Shown here piece after piece: positions 23,718 to 35,448 of a stretch of 64,000 nucleotides of DNA. Position 1 is the first letter of the stretch. Each line of letters begins with the position of its first letter. Made by a program: the position numbers and the translations under genes. The DNA lies in assembly GCA_025603075.1 (NCBI GenBank), contig MU626259.1, positions 186,001 to 250,000 on the forward strand. Reading direction: 5' to 3'. The notes under the pieces were generated by a model that did not search any database, had not been told where the DNA came from, and was given only the letters and a program-made list of their open reading frames with translations. This stretch comes from Neoconidiobolus thromboides FSU 785. Its lineage: Eukaryota > Fungi > Entomophthoromycota.

Positions 23718-25937
23718 TTACCACTATAAAAAACACGATTATTAATAATTTATAGAAAATATGTTATAAAAACTTACGAGATCTCGTTTAATTCTGCCTT
23801 CTTTAGTCCATTTTAAAAGTATAGCTTGTGCTTCTTTTATAGTAGTTAAAGGTGGATCGAATTTAGCTCCGTTACTTAAAAGAATATTAGCTAAAGTATC
23901 ATTTACATCTTTAGCCATTTTGGATGCATCCCCACAAAGGTAAAAACTAGCTTGATTAGAATACATCAACTCAAATAGTCCATCTTGATTATTTAAAAGA
24001 GCATCTTGAACATATTTACAATTTGAAGGTATCTTTTTGTCTCCAACTAAAGTAAATGAGTTTTCAATATCTCTTGAAAAGGTAACATCGAGTCGATCAA
24101 TGGTCTCATCTTGCTTCATTTGAAGCAACTCCTCCTCTTTGAAATAATCATCGCTTTCTGTTCTAGTTCCAAAAACTGTCCATATCTTGCCAAACTTGGA
24201 GTTTAATTCTTGGGTTACTGAAATCCCTAAAGTGCCAGATTTACGCAACATTCTTCTTTGTTCTCGACGATGGCGTAAGAAACTCAACAGGGGAGCTAAG
24301 CCGGTTCCAGGCCCAACCAAAATCAAAGGAGTCTGACGATTTGTTGGAAGATGGAAGCTATTCAATGTACTTGGTTTTAAGAACATTTTTAGTGGTATCT
24401 TTAAATCTCTTTTGCTACTAAACTCTGGTACTAAATCAGATTCACGATCTATAAATGAAGTAAATAAACCATGTCGTAATTGATTGTGAGTTGGTGTATG
24501 GTACTGTACTACATTGAAAATAAACTCCACTTTATGTGGTGAGTTTAATGGCGTTGTTGTAACGGAGTAATATCTAGGTTGTATAGCAGGAGTTATATCA
24601 AGTAAGCGATTTAAAGGTGGCTGGCAGCTTGGGAAGATATTTAAAATTTCTAATAAATTGGGAGATTGTTCTCTTAATGAGTTAAATATATCGCCACCTT
24701 GCTTGCTACTTAATGCATCTAAACAAGCACTTTCAATCGGATCTGTACAATATTGAGATAAGAGTCTAAATAATGCTTTTTTAGGTAAAGTCGTTAAGTC
24801 CATGCTGTAAGAAATTAATTGATGGATAGTTGTAGTGTATTCTGAAAATGGTTGGAGATGGGAAGGTAGTTGTCCGTTTATAGCTGATAAAGTCAATGTA
24901 TCATATTGGATTGAGGTTAAATTTAATCTTTCAACTAATTTGTTTACGAGAATTGGATTATTAGGTTGAATAATACCAAATGCATCACCAGGTTGGTAGT
25001 AAATATCATCTCTTGGTATTTCTACTTCTAATTCTAGGATCCTCTTTACAGCTTTTGATGAGGATAAACTTGAAACTCTAACTGCTTTTCCTTGGAAAAG
25101 GCCACTATGAAGCTTCTTTAAAGCTTCATCTTTATTAATATTGACATTTTCTCTATTTTTAATAAAACTAAATTGACATACTTCTATTGGTATTTTTGGT
25201 AGTAATTTCAACTCTTTTAACGTTTTTAAGGTTTCAATATCAATCACAATTTCTTGCTCATAATTGGCTGGTAAAGTAACATTAGAAAATTCCGGCTCAT
25301 TGGTACTTAGATTGGTCTCTTCTAGTTTAGCGTTACCATGGGTTGTTTTACTATCTTCATTCACGCCATTAGCTTTATAGTTGAGATCGCCATTAAGTAG
25401 ACTGACTTCTTTAGTATTAATGCTGTTTATAGTCTTGTTTTTTCCATAAAACTTATTCAATACAGTCCATAAATCTAAATTCCAAGGTTCGAAAACGATA
25501 TCAGTGCCTTCATCATCATCTGTAATTGAAAGAGGCATCAAAGGCTTTGCGCCTAATCTTAGTAAAGAGTTATAAATCTTTATTGGGAATAATCCAAAGG
25601 TAAGGTCATAAGTTTTATCCCCCATTCCCAGTAAAATAAAATGTAAATTACTTAATACTTTTTCGGAGTTTATACTATTTTCCAAATATTCGTCGAATTT
25701 CAAAGCATTTTCAGGGGGCTCCCCGTCCCCTGTTGAAGAACATATTATAATACAAATAGTTTCGGTAGAATTGTTTATATGCTTTGTAAATGTATTCAAT
25801 TCATTTACTTCAATTTCTGAGTCGAATTTGGTACTAGTTATTCTTGATTTTGCTTCCAATCCTAGTTGTCTAGCTATAGCCTCTGAATTTCCAGTCTCGC
25901 TTCCATAAAATATTGATAGCTTACTTAGGTTGCTCAT
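23718..25937 (-). CDS. MTRR: Methionine synthase reductase (diflavin FMN/FAD/NADPH oxidoreductase), 2 exons
   Basis: Flavodoxin YGSETGNSEAIA, STGDGEPP; MTRR-type DDDEGTDIVFEPWNLDLW, YQPGDAFGII, FPSCQPPL..QPRYYS, VGPGTGLAP. An intron at 23724-23777 restores the C-terminal RDLW*. Confidence 0.88.
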
Positions 25938-26176
25938 TTTAAAAAACAATTGAACCCAATTTTAAAACTTGAATTTTATATCCTCATCCAGGATTAAGAA
26001 TGATTGGCTAGATTAAAGAATAATAAAATCTCAAAAATAAGTAAAATCATTATTATAATTTATTAGTAATTCATAAATGTTAACATTAATAGTAGTTCAG
26101 TTCACACCTCATTCTTGAAGATTTTTAATTGTCCTGAATATAGACCCAAGACCAACTTTAATTTGGCTTACTTGAC

Positions 26177-27484
26177 CTAATCTTCTTTAACGTTGTTCCT
26201 ACTAATTTTAGAAAGTCCCATCAATAAGAAAGCAGGGTCTACAGGTAAATTTCTAGAGGCTTCCAACTCAGCTGTTACAGCTATTTTTGAAAGGACATTT
26301 GAGCATTCATCGGTGACCAAACTAGATTGCTGTTCAAGGCTATTAAGTGCATCATGTAGAGCATCTGCTTTCCATTCAATGTTATTAAGTGTATCTATAG
26401 TTTGTGCCATAGCTTCGAGTGATGTTGAATCAATTAGCGAATCCAATCCAATCACTTCGTTTTTAACAGATTTAACTATTTTCATGACTGAATGTTCTCC
26501 ATTTTCATATTCTTGTTTCTTTTTTGAAAAATATTGATTGCTTTTCTCTAAACTTTTGGACCATAAGCTATTTTCTTCTTCTAGTCTAAATAAGATATTA
26601 ATATTAGTATTACTATAACAATACAAATATGGCTAGAGGTTACGCTTCAATTTCAGCTAATAGCTTTTCTTTTTTCTCGGAATTTTTTATATTTTGCGGA
26701 TGTAAAAGGGAGCGATCCTGTTCCTTCTCGCCTTCAAATAACTATACTATATTAGCCTGAATTATGCTTTTAATATACAAATTACTGGTCGATTATACCA
26801 AGATAAATCAAGTTGTCCATTAATTATTGCATAAAGAAGTTTCTTTTCTACTACATTAGTAACCTCATTGGCTTTAGTAAACCTTGATACTTGCTTTCCT
26901 AAATGGCGCTTGATGCACCACGCTACAAGTTGCTTAAAGCGTTGAGGAGGCGGAATTTCTGGAGAAATAAATTGATAAAATTTGCTTATTTCTGTCGCAT
27001 GATGTGGGTAGCCTAAAGTTTGAATAAATAATAATTCTAACTATATTTATATTTTATACCAAACTTTCCCGGTCCCATAGCAGTTGCTCTTTTACCACGA
27101 GTTACAAAAGTAGTTCTTCTTCGAATATCTCTACTATTCAATTCTGGTTGAAATTTGGGAGATGTTTCATTCTCGATTGGCTTTATTTCATTCAATTTAT
27201 CTTCAATCACCTTTATTTTTTAGATTATATAAAATTGTTTATAAAATACTCTTTTACTTTAGGATTATTTGATATTTTAACTCTCTTGGGTTCTGTTGTT
27301 TTTTCAGTCGTTTCTTTTTCACTTTCATTTGGGATTTTATTTTGTTGAGAATTACGCTTCAAGTCTTCATTAATAGGAGAAGCATGAATCTCGTTAGTGG
27401 AACCTTATAAATAATAAGTTAAAGTTAATTTACGTGATGATATTTACTTGAAAGTGGTTTTAATATTGATTTACGTTTCCCCAT
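26177..27484 (-). CDS. DSN1: Kinetochore Mis12-complex subunit Dsn1/Mis13, ~5 exons
   Basis: Spliced sequence gives RRRTTFVTRGKRATAMG (basic Aurora-B-site region), then YPHHATEISKFYQFISPEIPPPQRFKQLVAWC, and a C-terminal DPAFLLMGLSK; all characteristic of Dsn1/Mis13. Confidence 0.8.
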
Positions 27485-27920
27485 TTAGACCTAAAGTTAT
27501 GAATACCTTTGAGTTTGTTAAAATGATAATGTTTTAAAAATAGCTGTGACGATAAAGTTAAAGGATCATTATTATTGGGATTTTTTTTAGTTATGTGTTG
27601 TATATGATGTCATTGCTGAAAAATAAATTTAAAATATCTAAAAATACAAGAATAAAGAACCATTTGTTGAGTTCAAATATGCTGAATTTATATTTACTGG
27701 TGTCTCGAAGCTCTTAATACCATACTACATGCTTCTTATAGCTAAGTTTTTATAAGCCCACTTTAACGATTATACTTAAATATTGTGTAAAGCTTTTAAA
27801 AAAATATCTATGCATATTATTGATACTTAAATTAGCATATAGTAATGCAAATAATTTATATTTGAAATCTCTATCCTCTCGTTAACAATAAACAACAGTA
27901 ATAGCACTAGCAATTTTCAT

Positions 27921-28097
27921 ATATTACACTATGTGTTATTAAATTGACTCTGACAGGTATCAACTTAAATTTTAACTAATGAAACCGCTTAGTCATTTGC
28001 TGTCAGAAGGTATTACTTTATAAGAAGGAGAATTGATAATCTATCATGTCTATCTGATTGTCTATCAGAGTCAATTTAATAGCGCATAGAGTAATAT
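27921..28097. mobile_element. ~177-bp foldback element with ~36-bp imperfect terminal inverted repeats
   Basis: attacactatgtgttattaaattgactctgacag versus reverse complement of the right arm attactctatgcgctattaaattgactctgatag. Single copy in this window. Confidence 0.6.
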
Positions 28098-28544
28098 TGT
28101 AGCTATGAAGCTAATCGTTTCAATGATCCGTCATCTAAGTGGTTTTTATTTTAAATAACCCAAGTTTATTTTATTACTAAGTATAGATTTTAAAAATCTA
28201 TGTAAATAACTAATATTCTTTTATGGCTATAATATCAATTTTTCATTATAATCTGAAACATTCAATAAAAAATCTCATGTAATTGAAATTTTATTAAACA
28301 AGTCCCAACTCATAATAGAGCAGCTTACAGTTAGATATCTTTTACTGTTTTTAATTCAGAGTTTAAAAAAATTGATATGAATCTAAGGAGATAAAAAAAG
28401 GTATAATTGTTATACTCATCAAAAAAAGTAAACTGCAAAAACAACAAATATTTAAATGCAAATTACTAGATTACATCAATTGCATTTAAGAAATGAGGTA
28501 ATTTAAAATCTCAATTTATGAAAAGAAATTTATTTCTTAAAGAA

Positions 28545-29008
28545 ATGGATAAACAAGCGTATGAAGCCAAAATCAAAGAAGCAAAAGATTTATTTGACCA
28601 GGTCAATTTAAGAGTAAGAGAAAGTATACCTGAATATAATAGCATTTATACATCTTGTTCTGGACATATAAGTAAGCCATTTTTAATTCTCTTTTTAATT
28701 TTATTTAAATTATTATAGCTGAGTTGGAGCAATGTATAGCAACCAGTAATCATGGCGCCAGTGTCGACTGCCAATCTAAAATAAAAGGATTGAGAGATTG
28801 TACAAATCAAGCAAGTTGTCCAGAAGACTTTAAAAAATATTCTCAATGTTTATCAAGCGGTAATAAGGACTGCACTGCATTAGCAAAAGGACTTAATCAG
28901 TGTTTAAATAATTTGTCAGTAAGAATTATGGAAAAGAGTAAAAAGGAGTTAGAGGCTTTAGCTACTAAAGAGCAATTAGAAAGTTTGAAAGGGTTTTTAC
29001 CAATTTAA
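28545..29008 (+). CDS. Quadruple CX9C mitochondrial intermembrane-space protein (Mic14/Mix14/CHCHD5-like), 2 exons
   Basis: Splicing the ~28672-28719 intron gives CSGHITELEQC, CQSKIKGLRDC, CPEDFKKYSQC and CTALAKGLNQC, i.e. four exact CX9C motifs. Likely start MDKQ at 28545. Confidence 0.8.
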
Positions 29009-29520
29009 ATTAGATTGAAATAAATAGATTTAAATTTAAAATAGATGTATACAGTTTATCAAATTTGTTACATTTCAGACACTCTCATTCAAATTTGTCG
29101 CTATTTTTTTACCTGAATTTAAAAATACAGGATTATATATAATCCCTAAATTCAGGTGAAAAAAAGTAAAAAGCATATTTAAATGAATGGTATACTGAAA
29201 CGTAACAAACAATCTAACATAATTTTTATAAGTATTAAATGAGAAATTTTTTCAATTATTCTAAAAGCGCTTAACTTATAAAATGATGTACTCTTGACAT
29301 TAAAAAAAATAAAGCAATGAATGTGTATATAAACTATTACTAATAAAACAAAATAAAGCTACACATAAATAGACTTCAGTAAAAATAGCACAAGGATGAA
29401 TTATTTAATGATGAAAAAGAATAGAACATCCAAATATATTAATACATTTTCTTACTAAAATATTACAGAAATTTGCAGTAAAATCTAAACATTAAAGTTA
29501 TTAATAATTAGCAGTATTAT

Positions 29521-32382
29521 TTAAAACAATTCAAAGTCGCCAGAATCTGCTTCACTAGATGTTCTGTTGGCGGAAGGAATATGAAGCTCATCTAGTAAAC
29601 CTGAGCTAGCTGGATCTTCCATAATATTAAAATCGTTTCCAAAACTTTGAGGTTCATTAGGACAGGTTAGGATATCATGATCACGCTGGCCACACGAGGT
29701 ACAAAAAACAGAATCATCCATTTCAAATATATTAGAATCATAGTCTATATTCTTTGATTCGTTAGCAACATGATTGCTTTCTTCATAATTGTGCTCTTCT
29801 TCTTGGCCTATTATTTGATTGAATTCTCTCTCATACTCTTCATTCAATTTAATACTTTCTTCCAAATCAAGCTCAAGTGCCCTTATTTGATTTTCTTTAT
29901 TTTCTATCCTGGTCAATAGATTATCATTTTCATTTTGTAGATCCCTATATTTCTCCTCATACATCAAAATTGTTCGATAGTAATCCTCTTTATCTTGATT
30001 CTCTGATGCAGCATCTTTTAAAGCCTTCTTGTATGATTCAGCCCTCTCAGATTGGAAATCCATCTCTTTTTTAAGCTTGACGACTTCATTTTTCTTTTGT
30101 TCTAATTCATTGTAAACCTTTTGGAATTCTAACTCAGATTGATCGATTTTATCAATAAGCTCATCTTTTTCTGAAACTAAGCCCTCTAATTGTTTATTCA
30201 ATGTTTGTTCTTTTGCTTGCATTATTTCTTTCATATTTCTTAGCATTAAAATTTCTTTCGTATTTTCATCTAAATCCTTTCCTCCTTTTTCTAAATCGAA
30301 TTTAGTTTTTTCAGATACTTCAATTAGCCTTTGATTTTCATCTTCTAGAACACGGATCCTGTTTTGTAGATCGGCTACTTCTTGCGCTCTATCCTCTTTA
30401 GGTACTTCCAATTGAACTGAATCCTCAAATCCATATAGCGAATCGGATTTATTACGCTCTAAAGTGTCCTTTAAGACTTCATTCTGAGACCTCAACATAT
30501 CATTCTCTCTCATTAATGCATCTATATCTGGCCTTGAATCATCTTCATCGGATTCGGATTCCTCATCGTCTTCATAATCTTCATCAGATTCGTTTGCTTG
30601 ACTTTCGTCACTTTCTTTATACCTCTCAAGTGAAATATTTAATTCTTCTATTTGTTCTTTGAGCGTTTTATTTTCTGATTCTAATTCTTTAACAAGCTGT
30701 CGATCTTTTTCAAGCTCCATTTTGTGATCATTTTCGTACTTTTCAAGCTGGATGTGTAATGAATCAATTTGATCTTGGTAGCTTCTTAATCGTTCTTTAA
30801 GTTGAATTGCTTCTTTCTGTGCTTGATCCAATTCATCTCTTAATTTCTGATTAATTACTTCCAATTCACTATACTTTTTAGAATTTGAAGCTGATTTAAC
30901 ACTTTCTTCATTTAATTTATCATTCATTTCATCAATTTCCTTCTTGTACTTCTTCTTTAAAGCTTCAAGCTCACTGGAGATACCATCATCGTTTTCATTC
31001 ATATTAAAGCTTTGCTCTTCTGTTAAAAGATTTTGACTGGTTTCTAATTGTTCCTTTAAATCTTTAATTAAAGACTCTTTCTCAAGGACTTGGTGTCGTA
31101 AATCTTTAATCTCTTGCTCTAATGTGTCAACCTTAAGAGTATTGCTGTATAAATTCTCAAGTTCCTTCGCATCCTCAGGTTTTCTAGGGCCGTTTAGTTT
31201 GTAACCTTCTAATTCCTTATTTATAATATCTAAATCTATCTCATTCTTTTGTAACTTTTGAGTGAGCTGTAAAATTTTGTTATCTTTTTCGGATATTGAT
31301 TTTAAAAGTGTAGCATGGTTTAGTTGACCAGATTTAGTTGGACTTTGAGTTGATTGTGCCTTTTCTCTAGCTTTTTCTATAAACTCTTTTTTGATGAATT
31401 GTACTACTTCTAAATTAGCCTGTCTCTTTTTTAATTTCAACGCTAATAAGTTATTTTGTTTTTGTACTAATGTCAGCTTCGATCTTAAGTTATTCACCTA
31501 ACCATACTTGATTAAAAATGTAATACAAAATTTTGGCTAATTAATTACCGTGTGGTCAGAGCTAGTTCCATTAGCATCAATTGGAGTTTCATTTGAAAGC
31601 GAAGAGTTAAGGGAGTCAGTTCGACTTAAATTTTTAGTATGGCCTGGCTCTTTTTTATTAATTGGAGAAAGTTCAGGGTTTTCAAGGTTGCAAAGTTTTT
31701 GACTAAGTGAAGTTGGATCCTTTGGTTCATAATTGTTTTCTATCAATGGACCCAAATTGGATGTTTCAACTAAAGGTGCAATCTTTCGATAATCAATGAA
31801 TATACCGCTATTCTCTGGGCAAGTAAAATAAGTAACTCTAAAATTGTTTGTAAATACAAAATTAAATTTATGAAAAAGTAGTTACCCATCAATACTTCCA
31901 TTGTTTTTTCCACTACCAATAGAATCTAATTCAATACCAGCCCATATGCCTTCTTTAAATCGTGTTGGTCCTAAATACCTTAAAGTACCCTTATAATTTC
32001 CAACTAAAGTGTAAACCCTTGTTCCAATTGGGATCCTTCTTAAATTTCCTTTCACGTTAAGTGAACTTGAGGATAATGATGAAAACGTTGAATGAACTTG
32101 AGGAGAAACATTAGTTGGAGGTGGTAGGGATGCCCTTTTATTATATATAGGACGTACAGATTTAATTTCTGGAGAACCTGATTGAGAAGGATAAGATGTA
32201 AGAGGGTATTGTAAATTGTTTAAGTTTAAACTATTACGCGAGGCTTGAGGTAACCTTGATATATATGGTGGTGAAGCTGGATTAGTATGAGGATTGCTAC
32301 TAATTCTTCTATGACCATTTGCTTGTGTCATAGGCTTTGTTTCCTTTTTCCTACTTTGACTTGACAATGGGATACGTGACAT
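29521..32382 (-). CDS. BIK1: CLIP-170/Bik1/Tip1-like microtubule plus-end protein, 3 exons
   Basis: One CAP-Gly domain (GTLRYLGPTRFKEGIWAGIELD..GKNNGSIDG|..YFTCPENSGIF), long coiled coil, CCHC knuckle CTSCGQRDHDILTC, and acidic-aromatic end DFELF (EEY/F-like). Confidence 0.85.
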
Positions 32383-33916
32383 GATAGTTACCTTACCAGT
32401 TAATTAGCAACTTAATTGAGATGATTTCTTTTATCCACTTTTTTAGCCACTTTTATAAATTTTAAAAAATAGGAAGTATCCAATAAAAGGTTACTGTAAG
32501 ATCACTCACATACATCTAATTGGATTATGGACAAATTTGCAATTTTAACGGACATTTCCGAATTAGTTTATCAAAAGTTGGAGTAATTATTTTTGTAAAT
32601 AAAATATAAAATTTCCTAATTAATTCATTATTAAAGACTTGCTAAACAGCTAAGTATAATAAACATTGAATTTATTTAACTTTAAGATTTAACTCGATCA
32701 CCTTGTAGTTAGTTTTAATTCAAATCTTTTAATGAATGCCATGCTATTATATAGAGACAAATCAACAAAAACAGATAATAAAATTTTTAATTTTACTCAT
32801 CAATGATTTAGTATCAAACTCCAACTCAGCTAAAATACTATCGTAACTATAAGTCAAAGTACATCAAGTCATCACTAATTTGAACTTTAATAATCAAACA
32901 TTTTTCAACCTTTAACCCTTTTATCCCCATTTTTTCTGTTCTACAATCTTATATTTTTTACCATTTGATTCACAGATAGTCAAATCATAAATGAGCCCTT
33001 TCTTTGTACAACTTCAGCTAAAATTTGAGACTAAGTCTCATTTTCTATTAATAACTTTTTATCATTTTCAGCATACATTTTAATTTTAAACATTCTCTGG
33101 TGTACTTTATACTACGTTAATGTACAAGGTGTTTTTTTGATCGACCATCTCGATTTACACATTCCAAATAGAAATGAAAAAGCAACAGTAATATAAGGCT
33201 TGTTTTTTTACTGCTGAACAATATTTTGCTAACGTAATGCCATTATAATACTCGGAATAGTCTGGTAATTTATCTTCATTTATGTTATCCAGAAAAAATA
33301 TTTAAGTTTTAAAACTAATGCTCTTTTTATATCAATTTTATATTCAATGCCTTTATTTATGTTTCTGTACTAATATGACTGGTATATAACTCAATTTAAG
33401 TCAAAGGCTCAATGTTTTCCAGTTTTATTAAATGTAAATTGTGTAGGAATGTTCAAATTATTTCAGAGTTTACTTAATTAACTCAAGTTTAAAGTTTTTA
33501 AATTTCCAAGTCCTTGACATGTGATTAGCTAAATTTGAAAAAACTAAAAAATAAAGGTTTAACTCAAAAAACTTAACTATCTTATTCTTTTTAAATAATC
33601 AATTTTTTTATTAGAATAAAAATAAAATGAACTTTAAAATCTTAGTACAATAAGGAGAAATATATTATGTAAACATTATAGTTCATTATAATAATTTTAG
33701 TAGCTATTTATAATAACCCAATGTTCATACCATTTCATAATAATAATTTTAATTAAATAATATATATAATTAATGTTTTGAAAGAAAAAAACAAACTAAC
33801 AAATAGCATTATTATTAGTTATAGTTTCAGTATATTTTTTTGATAAATATAAAAATTCTAGATTTAATATTAATAGAAATCATTATGATTATTTAAAAAT
33901 AAATAATAATAGTAAA

Positions 33917-34018
33917 ATGAGGATGGATTTTTCTGTTTAAGAATTTTACTAACAATCTTTCTATTCAAATAGCACTTAAAAGATAGAAAAGGTAATGAAA
34001 TAAAAAAAACACCCCCAT
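33917..34018 (-). mobile_element. Family A, copy 8 (reverse)
   Basis: atgaggatg..gtttaagaattttactaacaatctttctattcaaatagcacttaa..aaaacacccccat. Confidence 0.85.
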
Positions 34019-34296
34019 ATCATTATCTAGTACCTGATAGATTAGTTTTTTTAATTTTAGCTTGTTTTACAATAATAATAATAATTTTAAAAGTTTTAAT
34101 ATTTATTAAGTAAATAATTTATAAGTAATGGAAATAACTTATTAAATACTAATACTATTTAAACTATCGATAGGTGAGTTAATGAATAGTTAAAGAGCAA
34201 GTAGTTATAATAAGTGGAGATTATTATTATATTAGTTGTATTATATAAAAAAGCTAGTTATAGTTTTAAGACTAACCACTCCCTCCCATCTAACTA

Positions 34297-34398
34297 TTCG
34301 GAGATGTTTTTTTGACTTCATTACTTTTTCCATCTTTAAGCACTATTTGAGTGGAAAAATTGTTAGTAAAATTCTTAAATACAAAAATACATCCCTAT
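34297..34398 (+). mobile_element. Family A, copy 9
   Basis: ggagatgttttt..taagcactatttgagtggaaaaattgttagtaaaattcttaaat..aatacatccctat. Confidence 0.85.
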
Positions 34399-35448
34399 TT
34401 ATTAACTTAATAATATACTAATGATATAATTATAATATTAAAACAATTTATTCATTTGTTTAATAATAAATTTACAATATTAGTTATAAAGCAGTTAATA
34501 GTAAGTATTCTTTAATAAAGTTTTATAAGAATATTTATTTATGTATTAAAACTTTCGCTAATATTGTATTCAAAAATGTTTATTTATATAAATAAATGAC
34601 TATATTTAATAAAATAATGTTACATTTAATTTAATTTAATTTAATTTAATTTAGATTAAACTGGTTTATTTTATTTTTATTAATTTCTGAATTATTAAGT
34701 TTGTTATTATGTTTAATTCATGTTTCAATATTATAACCTCCAATAAAACTTAATAAATAATACAACTTTAAATTCTAATTTGAATGAAATGTTTATTTTT
34801 ATCTTATTTAAACACAAAAAGATATGAGATGTTTTTTTATCATATTGCTAATTTTTTGAACTTAAACAACTAAAAAATATTCAAACATTTTAAAAGCATT
34901 CATGTTTTTATTACTTATTAAATTAACTATAATATATTTGGTATTTAAGCTTTAAAAATAGAAAAATAGTCAAAAATGAAAAGTCTAATTCCACATTTTA
35001 AGGATAAATGATCTATTTCTAAGGTAGTGATAGGCAGTCATTCAATATTTCTTTTACAATAATACGTGTTGTTAAAATGACACCAGCATATAATAAAGTA
35101 GAATTTGTCATAACAAATCGTTTGATTCCAGCCAGTTGAATTTTAGGGTCACTCACGATGAAGGAAAAATCAAAAAATTAATTAACTGGAGCTAAATATT
35201 TCGTTATGGCAAGTTCTATTTTATTATATGTTATGGCTACTTTAATAACGTGGATTATTGTACATTTGAAATCCGTGTTTTTTTGAAAATTGTTTTTACT
35301 TTTTAACAATCTTTTTTCTCTATCCACCAATCAAAATTCAACTTAATTTTATTATATTAGCTTACATTCTGGTCACCACTTAAAAAATCAGAATTCTTTT
35401 TATAGTTCTTTTTTAACTACTCTTTTTACATAGACTATTTCAATAGAA

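Noticed and set aside
23742-25937. Alternative call of the diflavin reductase as cytochrome P450 reductase or NDOR1
   Set aside because: No N-terminal membrane anchor; the DD..G..IVFEPW and FPSCQPPL motifs fit MTRR better.
26177-32382. DSN1 and CLIP-170 near each other as a kinetochore cluster; SER2 and MTRR as a one-carbon cluster
   Set aside because: Separated by unrelated genes; chance adjacency is sufficient.
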